DNA from: a virus
Lineage: Duplodnaviria; Caudoviricetes
Virus record (IMG/VR): IMGVR_UViG_3300013767_000053
Location: 1 to 47,960 of that record
Reading direction: 5' to 3' (one strand)
Length of the DNA: 47,960 nucleotides
This document shows, piece after piece, positions 1 through 8,137 of the stretch. Both the position numbers and the translations under genes were made by a program. Position 1 is the first letter of the stretch. The number at the start of each line of letters is the position of its first letter. The notes under the pieces were generated by a model. That model was not told where the DNA came from. It did no database searches and was given only the letters and a program-made list of their open reading frames with translations.

Positions 1-12
1 CCGATGATGGAC
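1..12 (+). repeat. attL core (CCGATGATGGAC)
   Basis: Exact copy at 47949-47960; encodes PMMD of the DusA N-terminal motif, here followed by TTD and a stop. Confidence 0.92.
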
Positions 13-26
13 ACTACGGACTGACG

Positions 27-63
27 AAAAAACATAAGCCCAGCTAGGTAGTTAGCCGGGCTT
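27..63 (-). terminator. Rho-independent terminator ending the leftward early operon
   Basis: 11-bp stem 36-46/53-63 (one G-U pair on the minus strand) followed by AUGUUUUUU on the minus strand. Confidence 0.65.
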
Positions 64-98
64 CGCGTTTTGATGTGATCCTTTTGTGATCTTAGGGT

Positions 99-329
99 CT
101 AAGTGGCGACGCCCCAAAACTTGCAGTTTGGAGCGTGCAGAACGGCACCGTAGCAGCACCGCGGAGGCGGCTCGACGATGTTGCCAGCGTCGTCTAGCTC
201 GACCGTCTCAAAGCCGTTTCCCCGCAGTCGTATGGCTCGCTGAGGCTGTTTCTTGGCGGGGCCGCCCATCGCAGCCTCCATAAACATATCCTCCAGGCGC
301 TTCGCTAGCCTCTGCTCTACGTCGCTCAT
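99..329 (-). CDS. Hypothetical phage protein (76 aa)
   Basis: ATG overlaps the upstream stop (ATGA coupling); C-terminal CC..H..C. Confidence 0.6.
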   Translation of the reverse strand: MSDVEQRLAKRLEDMFMEAAMGGPAKKQPQRAIRLRGNGFETVELDDAGNIVEPPPRCCYGAVLHAPNCKFWGVAT

Positions 330-574
330 CGCCGCCCCTGTAGCTGGTCGCCTCGGATAGCCGCCGCAAGCTCGGCTCTCCCTTCGGTCGTCGTCTCGCG
401 GAAACCCTCCGCGATCTTTGCGCACCGTTCACGTTCGGCAAGAATTGCCTTTGCGAACGCATAGGTAGTCTCGCCGATGTGCGTATCCGCATAATCGCAG
501 TCGCCGGCCAGCTCTTTATAGGCGGCCTGGGCGGCCTCTCTTATGCTGGCCGGTAAGTCATCCCACCTCATCAT
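326..574 (-). CDS. Hypothetical phage protein (AILAERERCAKIAE motif)
   Basis: Translationally coupled at both ends; ERERCAKIAE is a common phage early-protein motif. Confidence 0.7.
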   Translation of the reverse strand: MMRWDDLPASIREAAQAAYKELAGDCDYADTHIGETTYAFAKAILAERERCAKIAEGFRETTTEGRAELAAAIRGDQLQGRR

Positions 575-596
575 CGCCGTCCCTGTAGCTGGTCGC
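326..596. repeat. 26-bp direct repeat pair (326-351 and 571-596)
   Basis: TCATCGCCG(C/T)CCCTGTAGCTGGTCGC, 25 of 26 identical. Confidence 0.9.
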
Positions 597-837
597 ATTC
601 CTTCCGGGCCGCCTCGGTCCTGGCGTCGATCCACCGGGCGAGGTCGCTGATGTGGATGCCCTTGGCCGCCTTCTGGCTGGCCTCGATCCGGACAACCGGG
701 AGGTCGATGCTGCCGTTCGTAGCCTTCCGCGCGAACTCGACCGGCGTCAAGTGGCTGAAATAGTCCTTGCAGACCAATTCGAGAGGGACGATCGCCGCGC
801 CGTTGTACTGCGCCATGAGGAGGAAAGCGGTGTTCAT
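571..837 (-). CDS. Pyocin activator PrtN-family DNA-binding protein (probable excisionase/RDF)
   Basis: MNTAFLLMAQY…IVPLELVCKDYFSHLT…SQKAAKGIHISDLARWID is the PrtN family signature; located near attL. Confidence 0.85.
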   Translation of the reverse strand: MNTAFLLMAQYNGAAIVPLELVCKDYFSHLTPVEFARKATNGSIDLPVVRIEASQKAAKGIHISDLARWIDARTEAARKECDQLQGRR

Positions 838-1118
838 TGGTTGCTCCCGCTCTGGCCCAAGTTCACATCGTAACCGCGCAGCATGTTTTGCAGCGGCGAT
901 GGTCGCGCGCCTTCTGGGCAGATGCCAACGTTCAATTCGAGGCCGTCAATGCTCACTCTCGCGCCATCAAAATCCAGCCCCGGTTTCAGGCCGAGGAATT
1001 GAAATGGCTTGCCGCAATCGATGCATTTGACGGTCACCTCAAGCATAAAGCGACCGCTGTCCTCAAGCCGGGCGATCTTGCAGTCGCATTTGAATTGGTG
1101 GTGGGCGCAGGCGGTCAT
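834..1118 (-). CDS. Hypothetical Cys/His-rich phage protein
   Basis: Coupled ATGA start; CxH…CxxC motif. Confidence 0.7.
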   Translation of the reverse strand: MTACAHHQFKCDCKIARLEDSGRFMLEVTVKCIDCGKPFQFLGLKPGLDFDGARVSIDGLELNVGICPEGARPSPLQNMLRGYDVNLGQSGSNQ

Positions 1119-1324
1119 TCGATCCATCCTTTTCGCAGGGCGATGGCCGTGAGGTGCGGCGCGTTTCTCGCGCCGACGACGCGCCGCATGATCTTGATCT
1201 GCATGGCGATCGAGAACTCGGTTCGATCTACCTTCTTCGCTATGGCCTTGGCCGTGTCACCATCGGCAAGTTGCTTTACGATATCGATTTCCAGTGCGGT
1301 CAATGGGCAGGTTTCCGGTGTCAT
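1115..1324 (-). CDS. Stand-alone LuxR/GerE-type HTH regulator
   Basis: LTALEIDIVKQLADGDTAKAIAKKV…GARN…ALRKGWI matches the LuxR C-terminal HTH. Confidence 0.8.
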   Translation of the reverse strand: MTPETCPLTALEIDIVKQLADGDTAKAIAKKVDRTEFSIAMQIKIMRRVVGARNAPHLTAIALRKGWIE

Positions 1325-1704
1325 ATCTCGCGCCTGTAAATCACGCCGTTGATCTCAAGGGTGTCGGGCATCGGCGGCGGGGCCGATGCGGGGTCTATGC
1401 CAAGTTCGGCAAGGCAGGCCGCGACGTGCGGGGCCTTGATCGCCTCGGCGTGGTCGATCCGGTATTCCACCCAAGGTCGGTCTTGACCGTTCACGGTCGG
1501 GCGCTCGGCGATCTGGATCAGCCGGCCGGCCTGCTGGACCAGGATGATCTTGGTCAGCACGTCCGGCTCGATGATGTTGCCGCGCCAGAAGCGCGAGGCG
1601 GATTTCCGCGCCTGCGTCTTGTCCTGGCACGGCTCCTTGCGCGGCGGCCGGAACCGGACAGCGCCGTCTCTGTTGAACAGAGCGACGGATGCAAACGGGG
1701 TCAT
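1321..1704 (-). CDS. Hypothetical phage protein
   Basis: ATGA-coupled start at 1704 and coupled stop. Confidence 0.65.
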   Translation of the reverse strand: MTPFASVALFNRDGAVRFRPPRKEPCQDKTQARKSASRFWRGNIIEPDVLTKIILVQQAGRLIQIAERPTVNGQDRPWVEYRIDHAEAIKAPHVAACLAELGIDPASAPPPMPDTLEINGVIYRREI

Positions 1705-2057
1705 TTGCAAAGCTCCGATATGAAATCGGCGACGGCATACTTGCCGCGCCATGTGTCGGTCTGGTTCCTGCGACGGTGACCGGCGTCCCATCGGTTGTGA
1801 CATCGCTGGCAAAGCGCGCGGCACCGCTCCGGGTCGGCGTGGCTCTCGTCGTGGTCCATGTGGGCGATCGTCAGCACAACCATGCTGCCGGTCTCGGGGT
1901 GCGGTTGGCCGTTCCGCGCTCGGCAATGAGGGAACTGCGGCGTCCCCTCGCAACGGTTCGCCGCGCGGAAAAGCAGGAAGGCACGGAACGCCTTCCAAAT
2001 TTTCGACGTGATCGAGCCGCCCGGATAGCGGCTCATTTTCTCGGCGCTGATCGGCAT
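1701..2057 (-). CDS. HNH-like zinc-binding endonuclease
   Basis: RCE…C…LTIAHMDHD…LCQRCHNRWD; the usual first Asn of HNH is not evident. Confidence 0.7.
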   Translation of the reverse strand: MPISAEKMSRYPGGSITSKIWKAFRAFLLFRAANRCEGTPQFPHCRARNGQPHPETGSMVVLTIAHMDHDESHADPERCRALCQRCHNRWDAGHRRRNQTDTWRGKYAVADFISELCK

Positions 2058-3184
2058 CACGCGCGCACCGGCATAAGGATGCGGGTCATGGTCTTGTCCT
2101 CGTCGTGGATCGAGAACGGCGACGACTGGTCGAGCATGCGTAGGCTGATTGCGCCCTGACAGTTGCTCGCGACCTCGCGCAGATACCGGCTGTTGAAGGC
2201 GAACGGCTGGGGCTCCTGCTTGGTGGAGCGATCCAGCGGCCAAGCGGTCGAGGTCTTGACCTGGGCGCTACCGAAGTCTGGACTACGGCGCTCGATCACG
2301 GTGCGGCCGTTGTCGTTGCTGAATTTGATCGCGGTCGTGCGATCGCCTCCCAACGCGGTCGCCTGATCGATAGCCGCAACGATCTCGTCGCGCTTCAAGT
2401 CGAAGGTGAAATCATGCCTGCCCGGAATGACGCGCTGATAATCTGGATAGGTGCCATCGATCAGCTTAGTCCGGATCGTGAGGCCGGGCGCAACGATGTC
2501 CAGGCGTCCCGGCTCGTTGACCGCGAACAGTTTCACATCCTTGCCGGCGAGATGGTCGGTGATGATCCTGACCGTCTTGCGCGGGATGATGCGGGTCGAG
2601 GTCTCGCCTCCCTCGCTGGCGTATTTGCAGATCGCCATGCGGTGGCCGTCCGTGGCGACAAAGCGCCGGTCCTTCGGCGTGATGTGCCAGCAAACCCCGT
2701 TGAGGTAATACCGCGTCTCTTCGGTCGAGACGCACCATTGCACCTTGTCCAGCGTGGCGGCGAACATTCCGTTGGTGAACGCCTCGATCAGGTCGCCGCG
2801 CTCGCCGCCGATTCCGGGGAAATCGGTCTCGGCCAGGGTCTCGATCTCATAGAAAGCCGCGCCGTCGCCAAGGGTGATCGTTGCCTTGAGGTCGTTGTCC
2901 GCGCGCTCGATCCGGATGTTCATGGCCCCGGCGACGCGGGCGATGCCGGCGAGGGTCGCGGCGCTGATGCACGCGGACCATTCGCCGCCGCTGCCGTCGA
3001 TCACGTCGAGGTCGGTGTGCGCTTCGATGTCCAGGTCTGTGCCCGTGATCCTGAGCCCGGCCGCGCTGTGGGTGAGCATTGCGTAATTCAGGATCGGGAT
3101 GGTGTTGCGGCGCTCAACGATGGCGCTGATGATCTTCATGGCCTGCTTGAGGGCGCGACCTTCGACGGTAACGAATTTTGTCAT
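2057..3184 (-). CDS. dnaN: DNA polymerase III beta sliding clamp (phage-encoded)
   Basis: RNTIPILN, TDLDIE, STEETRYYLNGV, VATDGHRMA, KLIDGTYPDYQRVIP, FNSRYL, ILMPVR motifs. Confidence 0.92.
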   Translation of the reverse strand: MTKFVTVEGRALKQAMKIISAIVERRNTIPILNYAMLTHSAAGLRITGTDLDIEAHTDLDVIDGSGGEWSACISAATLAGIARVAGAMNIRIERADNDLKATITLGDGAAFYEIETLAETDFPGIGGERGDLIEAFTNGMFAATLDKVQWCVSTEETRYYLNGVCWHITPKDRRFVATDGHRMAICKYASEGGETSTRIIPRKTVRIITDHLAGKDVKLFAVNEPGRLDIVAPGLTIRTKLIDGTYPDYQRVIPGRHDFTFDLKRDEIVAAIDQATALGGDRTTAIKFSNDNGRTVIERRSPDFGSAQVKTSTAWPLDRSTKQEPQPFAFNSRYLREVASNCQGAISLRMLDQSSPFSIHDEDKTMTRILMPVRA

Positions 3185-3597
3185 GGGGATGCCTGTGCTT
3201 CGGGGTGGGTGACGGGGACGATGAGGGGCAGGGCGCTCGGGGCTGGCGCGATGCGGGTCGCCTCGGCCAGCACGTCCCATGCGAGGGACGTTGCCTCGGA
3301 CACTTCACCGTCGCGCATGATCTCGTCGGCGGTGATCTCGAACAGCGCGCGCTCGCGGGCCGTGCTTTCGTGCCAGAACGCCTGCGCGAAGGCGCGGCGG
3401 CGGTCCCAGCGCGGGCCGCTGAAACCGCGCAGGAACGCCATGGTCTCGTTGTAGACCGCAAGCTGCGGCTGGGTGGCGCTGGCGAAGTAGCGGCCGGCTG
3501 TCTGCTCGGCCGCCGTCACGCGCTCGGCGTGCTCCTCGTTGGTCTCGAACTCGCGCCAGTGATTGCGGGCGTAGTCGGCGGGATCGTGAGGTGCCAT
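3181..3597 (-). CDS. Hypothetical phage protein
   Basis: 138-aa ORF coupled to both neighbours. Confidence 0.65.
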   Translation of the reverse strand: MAPHDPADYARNHWREFETNEEHAERVTAAEQTAGRYFASATQPQLAVYNETMAFLRGFSGPRWDRRRAFAQAFWHESTARERALFEITADEIMRDGEVSEATSLAWDVLAEATRIAPAPSALPLIVPVTHPEAQASP

Positions 3598-4349
3598 TAC
3601 AGTACCTCAATCGGCTTGCCGTCCTGGAGGGTGTAGAACGTGTCGGCCTTGATGCCGTCGCGTCCTACTATGCCCGCCCATGCGGCGACGATGTTGTAGC
3701 TGTCGTCGCGCTCAACGAGGAAAAGAGCGTTGCCATCGGTGCCCGAGACTTTGCCGGCATACCCGGAAGCCGTGGCCGCGCCCTGATACCCGGAAGCCGT
3801 GGCCGCGCCCTGATACCCGGAAGCCGTGGCCGCGCCCTGATACCCGGAAGCCGTGGCCGCGCCCTGATACCCGGAAGCCGTGGCCGCGCCCTGATCGCCG
3901 GAAGCCGTGGCCGCGCCGCGAGTGCCGGAAGCCGTGGCCGCGCCCTGATCGCCGGAAGCCGTTACGCCTTCATTGTCTGCGGTCGCAACGGAGCCGTCTT
4001 TCCAGTTTGCGCGATCAAAGACCCACTTCACCGCGCGCGCTGCGAGATCGCCAAGCGACAATTCGACGCCAATCGTAATCGAGGCCGATGCGAGTTTGTC
4101 GCCGTCCATATCGGACGCTCCGCTCTGCTCGACTTCAAAGAAGCGATTGCCGGCCGGCGCGTAGTAGCCAAAAACCGAAAGCGGGTGTTGCTCGATAGGG
4201 CAGGCGTGGAAGCCGTTGCCGCAGGCTTCGATCTTGCCGGAAACTGTGAATGTCTTGCCGGCCTCGAACTGAAACCCGCGACAAGTAAGGTCGCTATTGA
4301 ACCCCTTGATTGAGGTGACGACGCTCGGCTGAGAAGATTTCTTGGCCAT
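3597..4349 (-). CDS. Phage protein with conserved N-domain (KGFNSDLTCRGFQFE…CGNGFHAC) and 9-aa Gly/Ala/Ser repeats
   Basis: Common phage early-gene family (DUF7666-like); C-terminal GIKADTFYTL. Confidence 0.8.
   Translation of the reverse strand: MAKKSSQPSVVTSIKGFNSDLTCRGFQFEAGKTFTVSGKIEACGNGFHACPIEQHPLSVFGYYAPAGNRFFEVEQSGASDMDGDKLASASITIGVELSLGDLAARAVKWVFDRANWKDGSVATADNEGVTASGDQGAATASGTRGAATASGDQGAATASGYQGAATASGYQGAATASGYQGAATASGYQGAATASGYAGKVSGTDGNALFLVERDDSYNIVAAWAGIVGRDGIKADTFYTLQDGKPIEVL
3760..3968. repeat. 27-bp coding tandem repeat
   Basis: TACCCGGAAGCCGTGGCCGCGCCCTGA x5 perfect (3760-3894), then 2 variant copies and 1 partial copy. Confidence 0.95.
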
Positions 4350-4379
4350 ATTGCGGTCCTTGTTGCGGTATGTTGCGAC

Positions 4380-4424
4380 GTTGTGAATATCACAACACTA
4401 AGGGCGCGTTTATATCCCTGTCAA
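4380..4424 (-). promoter_or_regulatory. Operator GTTGTGAATATCACAAC (4380-4396) overlapping a leftward sigma70-like promoter
   Basis: Perfect 7-3-7 palindrome; TTGACA (4424-4419), 18 nt, TAGTGT. Confidence 0.75.
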
Positions 4425-4458
4425 CAGGGGAGCTACATTTTTGTTGTGGCGATCCGCC

Positions 4459-4647
4459 TCAGCGCGGACCCGGCCTAGCCTTGGCACGCTCGGCTCGCGC
4501 GATCATCTTCGCCTGTTCGAGGGCCTGCTTCTCGGACAGCCGCCCCGTGATCGAGCGGCGGCCGGCGTTGTCGTCGTAGTAGATGAAGGTCGAAACCCGG
4601 ACCTCGTAGCTCTCTTCGTGCTTAATTAGGCGGACGGTGGTTTGCAT
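4459..4647 (-). CDS. Hypothetical protein (62 aa)
   Basis: Fits the gene chain, plausible composition. Confidence 0.6.
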   Translation of the reverse strand: MQTTVRLIKHEESYEVRVSTFIYYDDNAGRRSITGRLSEKQALEQAKMIARAERAKARPGPR

Positions 4648-4865
4648 CCGTCGATCATGCCGTTACAGGTCGGGCAGGGCAAGCCGCGTTTCGCCTCGGT
4701 CACGGTGTCAAACTCGATCCAGCCGGATTCGTGGCCGCATTTGCGGCATCGCATCTTGCAGATCGGCTTGCCTTCCTCGCCATTGCCGGCGTCGCAAACG
4801 TGCATGCGCCAGACGTGGGGCCGTGGTGGCTTCGCGAACATCTCGAATTGTCGGGCGCGGGTCAT
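4626..4865 (-). CDS. Small zinc-ribbon protein
   Basis: CRKCGH…CPTCN. Confidence 0.7.
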   Translation of the reverse strand: MTRARQFEMFAKPPRPHVWRMHVCDAGNGEEGKPICKMRCRKCGHESGWIEFDTVTEAKRGLPCPTCNGMIDGCKPPSA

Positions 4866-5122
4866 GACTGTCCCCGGTTGCGAAATGCCTCGTAGTCATC
4901 TCCGTTTAGGATCATGCCGTGACAGGTGGAGCATGGGCACGTTCTGGCGTTCCTCGTGACCGCCTTGTGGCCACAGGCCAGATCGACGATCCGCTTGCAC
5001 ATATCCTCGCCGAGCTTCTTTCGATTGAGCGCTGTGGCAAGCCAGTCGGTGCGTAAAATCTTCTCAATCGGGGCCTTGACCTTCATGCGCCTCATCAGTG
5101 CGGCTAGCTCAGGATCGCCCAT
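4862..5122 (-). CDS. Small Cys-rich hypothetical protein
   Basis: LACGH…CPCSTC; coupled stop. Confidence 0.6.
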   Translation of the reverse strand: MGDPELAALMRRMKVKAPIEKILRTDWLATALNRKKLGEDMCKRIVDLACGHKAVTRNARTCPCSTCHGMILNGDDYEAFRNRGQS

Positions 5123-5564
5123 GATCTCGCCTCTGCCGGTTCCTGGTCGTGGGTCGCTGCGCCAAGCCGGCCGCCTCGATCTCCTCAACGGTGATCGGCT
5201 CGTCGTTCAAATAGTATTCGCTGGCCCATGCGATCTTGCCGCTGCGCCAGCGCGTGCGCCATGTCGTGGTCCGGAATCGGCCTATGGGCGTATCGATACC
5301 GGCAATGACGTCATGCTCGGGGCCGACCGCGTCCGGCCCATAGTGGCCGGTCCACATGGCCTGCGCTTCTGTCTGGAGCCGGGCCATGTAGTTGACGCGG
5401 GAGAGGGCGGCGACCTTGATCGGATCGGCGGCGCGTAAGCGTTTAATCGCGGCGATGATCTTGAGCGCCTGATCGGTCGCCGGGTCGTCGCCGATCACTG
5501 CGGTAGCGGCGCGCAAGGCGTCTGCAATCGCCTCGTCGCGGGCTAGGGCGGCGGTGACGGTCAT
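5109..5564 (-). CDS. Hypothetical phage protein
   Basis: ATGA-coupled start at 5564. Confidence 0.6.
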   Translation of the reverse strand: MTVTAALARDEAIADALRAATAVIGDDPATDQALKIIAAIKRLRAADPIKVAALSRVNYMARLQTEAQAMWTGHYGPDAVGPEHDVIAGIDTPIGRFRTTTWRTRWRSGKIAWASEYYLNDEPITVEEIEAAGLAQRPTTRNRQRRDHGRS

Positions 5565-6271
5565 GGCGCCCTCGTTCGCTTCGCGGCCCAATAGCGCGCG
5601 GTGAATTTCGTATCCTCGTCCATGTCGCTCTTGTCCCTGATCCACTCCAGATAATCGAGCGGCGCGGCCTCGAACGTCATGCCCTTATGCTTGCCGAAGT
5701 TCATGATCTTGAGCAAAGCCGGATATTTCGAGATGTGGATCATCTCGTCGATCGATTTCTCGGCGAGCAACCGGACGAACAGATGCGCCGTCACATAAGC
5801 GTCGGGCAGGGCGCGGTGAGGCGGTGACGCCTTCTCGCGGTCAACCGGAAGCTCCAGCCAGTAGCGCAAGCCCTGATTGCTGTGTGTCGGCGCGTCCGGC
5901 CACACAACGCGCGCGACCTTGTACGTGTCGATCCACGGCCGGCCATCTCCATCGTGGAAATGCTGCTCGAACTTCGCGTTGTGCGCGACCAGGATGTCAA
6001 CCGGGCTGCATCCCTCATAGAACTGATCCCACAACTCGCGGGCCTGCGGCGCGTCGGCAACGTCCGCCTCGGTGATGTGGTGAACGGCCTTCGTCACTGC
6101 CGGGATAGGACCGCGTGGACAAGCGAGCGAGGTCCAAGGGTTGACGATCGTGCGGCTCGGCAGGAACACGTCGACCCGGCCGAACTCGATGATCTCGGCG
6201 TCGGCGTCCTCTGGCGTGCCAGTGGTCTCGTAGTCGAGGACGCGGGCGATGCGGGCGGCTGGCATGGTCAC
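5561..6271 (-). CDS. DEDDh 3'-5' exonuclease, ExoX-like
   Basis: LDYETTG, VAHNAKFE, HRALPDAY; C-terminal FGKHKG…YLEW. Confidence 0.9.
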   Translation of the reverse strand: MTMPAARIARVLDYETTGTPEDADAEIIEFGRVDVFLPSRTIVNPWTSLACPRGPIPAVTKAVHHITEADVADAPQARELWDQFYEGCSPVDILVAHNAKFEQHFHDGDGRPWIDTYKVARVVWPDAPTHSNQGLRYWLELPVDREKASPPHRALPDAYVTAHLFVRLLAEKSIDEMIHISKYPALLKIMNFGKHKGMTFEAAPLDYLEWIRDKSDMDEDTKFTARYWAAKRTRAP

Positions 6272-6654
6272 GGCTGGCGCTCCCTGGTCTCGGCGATCAC
6301 GGCCCCACGGAATGCATAGATTTCGTCGTTAAGATCGCGGGCGCTCTGATCCCAATCGGGCTCATCGTTGCAAACGGCTTGGATGAACCCGATGGCCTTC
6401 GCCGCGACATTCTCGGCAAGTTCGAGAGCGCTCGGAGCCGGCGTGTGCTTCTGCTTCGCCTCGGATGCGGCGTCGATCGCTGCCCATTTCGGATCGGCTT
6501 CGCAGCAAGCTTGGTGCTGCGGCAGATACGCGTCGTCCGTCTCGCGATAGCGGAACAGGCCGGTCCCGATCGGTTTGCGGCAGGCGGTGCAAATCATCAA
6601 GCCAACGCGGCTCGTTGCGGCGTCGGCATAGTTCCAGCGGTAGCGGCGGGTCAT
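6268..6654 (-). CDS. Zinc-finger protein (CxxC…HxxC)
   Basis: CTACRKPI…R…HQAC. Confidence 0.65.
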   Translation of the reverse strand: MTRRYRWNYADAATSRVGLMICTACRKPIGTGLFRYRETDDAYLPQHQACCEADPKWAAIDAASEAKQKHTPAPSALELAENVAAKAIGFIQAVCNDEPDWDQSARDLNDEIYAFRGAVIAETRERQP

Positions 6655-6875
6655 TTCTGTCTCTCCTTCCATGCTTCAAACGCCGCGCGGCCGGCGTCGG
6701 TGATCTTCTCATTGAACGGGTTGATGTAGCCGTGACGCAAAAGCAGAGTGCGGGTAGCGGCATAACCGCCGTGGGCGGCGCGGCCGTGAATGCGGGCGTT
6801 GGCTGCGCCGTCCTCGATCGCGGCCTCCAGGGCTGCGAACACTGCCGGCGTGAGTTTCGCGTGGCTGCGGCTCAT
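6651..6875 (-). CDS. Small winged-helix-like hypothetical protein
   Basis: LLRHGYI…ITDAGRAA is a typical wHTH C-terminus. Confidence 0.65.
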   Translation of the reverse strand: MSRSHAKLTPAVFAALEAAIEDGAANARIHGRAAHGGYAATRTLLLRHGYINPFNEKITDAGRAAFEAWKERQK

Positions 6876-7030
6876 ATCGCCCCGCTGGCGATGCCGGCGA
6901 TGAGACCGATGGCGGCGATGAACAGGCCAAGCGAGGCAAGGTCAGCGACGAATTCGACGGCCGACCAAAGCGCGGCGAGGATGGGGTGGGGGCGGTCAGA
7001 AGCTAAATGCAGCCTGATCTTTGTGGGCAC
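6872..7030 (-). CDS. Small membrane protein (52 aa)
   Basis: AGGAG RBS before GTG at 7030; hydrophobic C-terminus LASLGLFIAAIGLIAGIA. Confidence 0.6.
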   Translation of the reverse strand: MPTKIRLHLASDRPHPILAALWSAVEFVADLASLGLFIAAIGLIAGIASGAI

Positions 7031-7844
7031 GTGTTGCACTCCTGTTGTTTCGTTGTGATAATCGCAACAGTACAGGCGAGCCAATGAGGCCCGCGAGGGG
7101 TGAATTCAACCTTTCGAGGCTGCACCACGTTGCAGCCATCGCGTTGCTTATTCCCGGAAAAGTCCGGCTGCGTTCTTTCCACCGCTCGCCATCTGGCGAA
7201 AGGTTGTTCTGTCCGCTGTCGGTCTGATTGCCCCAGCGCTCTACCATGATCCCCGATCCGCGCGGCCATTCGACCATGCGCCCGACGACGCGCTTAGCAG
7301 GGTCGCGCGGCAGGGCCATCGACGGCATCGGGTTTCCGTTTTCATCAAAGAACCAGAGGCACGTTTCCTTGCTGGCGTCGTGGCCGAATTCGTTGGGCTG
7401 CACCACGTCGATCGGATTGCCAAGGCTGGTCCGCGTCGGGATCGTGCCGCGCGGGTTTTCAATCGCTTTCTTGAACGGAAGGGCCTTGATGCGCTCAACG
7501 TCGGCCTCGGCCAGCTCGCGAGCCTCGCGCCGCGCCGCGCCTACGAGCGTCCCCGGCTGCACCTTCTGGTGATAGCCGACGCCGGGATAGCGGTCATAGT
7601 CCGGATCGTTGAAGGCCCATGCGGCCGAAAGCGTGTGGAAGGTGCAAGTCGGGTGAAGGATGCCAAGGTCTGGCGTCCAGCCGCGTCGCGCGAGCGCGTC
7701 AAGCGTGGCGAATATGTCGCCGATGATATGCCGATCGCTGCCGTCCTCTGCCGGTAGGAGGTCGCAAGATAGAACGTCGTGGCCCAGCGCGGCGAACGCG
7801 TTGCGAGCCATGCCGGATGTCTCACAACCAATGAAAACTCTCAT
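6996..7844 (-). CDS. Phage-type DNA cytosine methyltransferase-like protein
   Basis: MRVFIGCETSG…AFAALGHD..SCDLLP, HPTCT, IENP, QP.EFGH…KETCLW, ERSRTFPGI.NAMA..W; ATGA-coupled start at 7844. Confidence 0.75.
   Translation of the reverse strand: MRVFIGCETSGMARNAFAALGHDVLSCDLLPAEDGSDRHIIGDIFATLDALARRGWTPDLGILHPTCTFHTLSAAWAFNDPDYDRYPGVGYHQKVQPGTLVGAARREARELAEADVERIKALPFKKAIENPRGTIPTRTSLGNPIDVVQPNEFGHDASKETCLWFFDENGNPMPSMALPRDPAKRVVGRMVEWPRGSGIMVERWGNQTDSGQNNLSPDGERWKERSRTFPGISNAMAATWCSLERLNSPLAGLIGSPVLLRLSQRNNRSATRAHKDQAAFSF
7052..7068. promoter_or_regulatory. Operator GTTGTGATAATCGCAAC
   Basis: Matches the 17-bp consensus; upstream of the 7030 start. Confidence 0.7.
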
Positions 7845-8137
7845 GTCTGGTCGCTCGGCGCGAGCAGGGAAAGCCCGATCTTCATGCTTTCCATCATCTC
7901 GTCGTAGGTCAAATCTTCCGGGTTCTCGTCGTCGAGATACGCGCGAACGAAATAGTTCAACGGGCTGGCAATCACGCCTTCGACCTGATGCATGTCCAGC
8001 GTGCGAGCTTCCTTGCACGCGTCGCGCATCGCGTTGTCCGACTCCTCCTCGTCATGGCCGGCCCATTCGGCCCAGATGCGGACTAGCTCGGCGGCGAGAG
8101 ATTTGGCTTTTTCGGTCGGGGTCATGGGGAGTTCCAT
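7841..8137 (-). CDS. Acidic hypothetical protein, first gene of the leftward operon
   Basis: 98-aa ORF (alternative start 8125) directly after an operator/promoter. Confidence 0.7.
   Translation of the reverse strand: MELPMTPTEKAKSLAAELVRIWAEWAGHDEEESDNAMRDACKEARTLDMHQVEGVIASPLNYFVRAYLDDENPEDLTYDEMMESMKIGLSLLAPSDQT

Noticed and set aside
3760-3968. Regular repeats resembling a CRISPR array
   Set aside because: Units are contiguous with no unique spacers, are in-frame coding repeats, and no cas genes are present.
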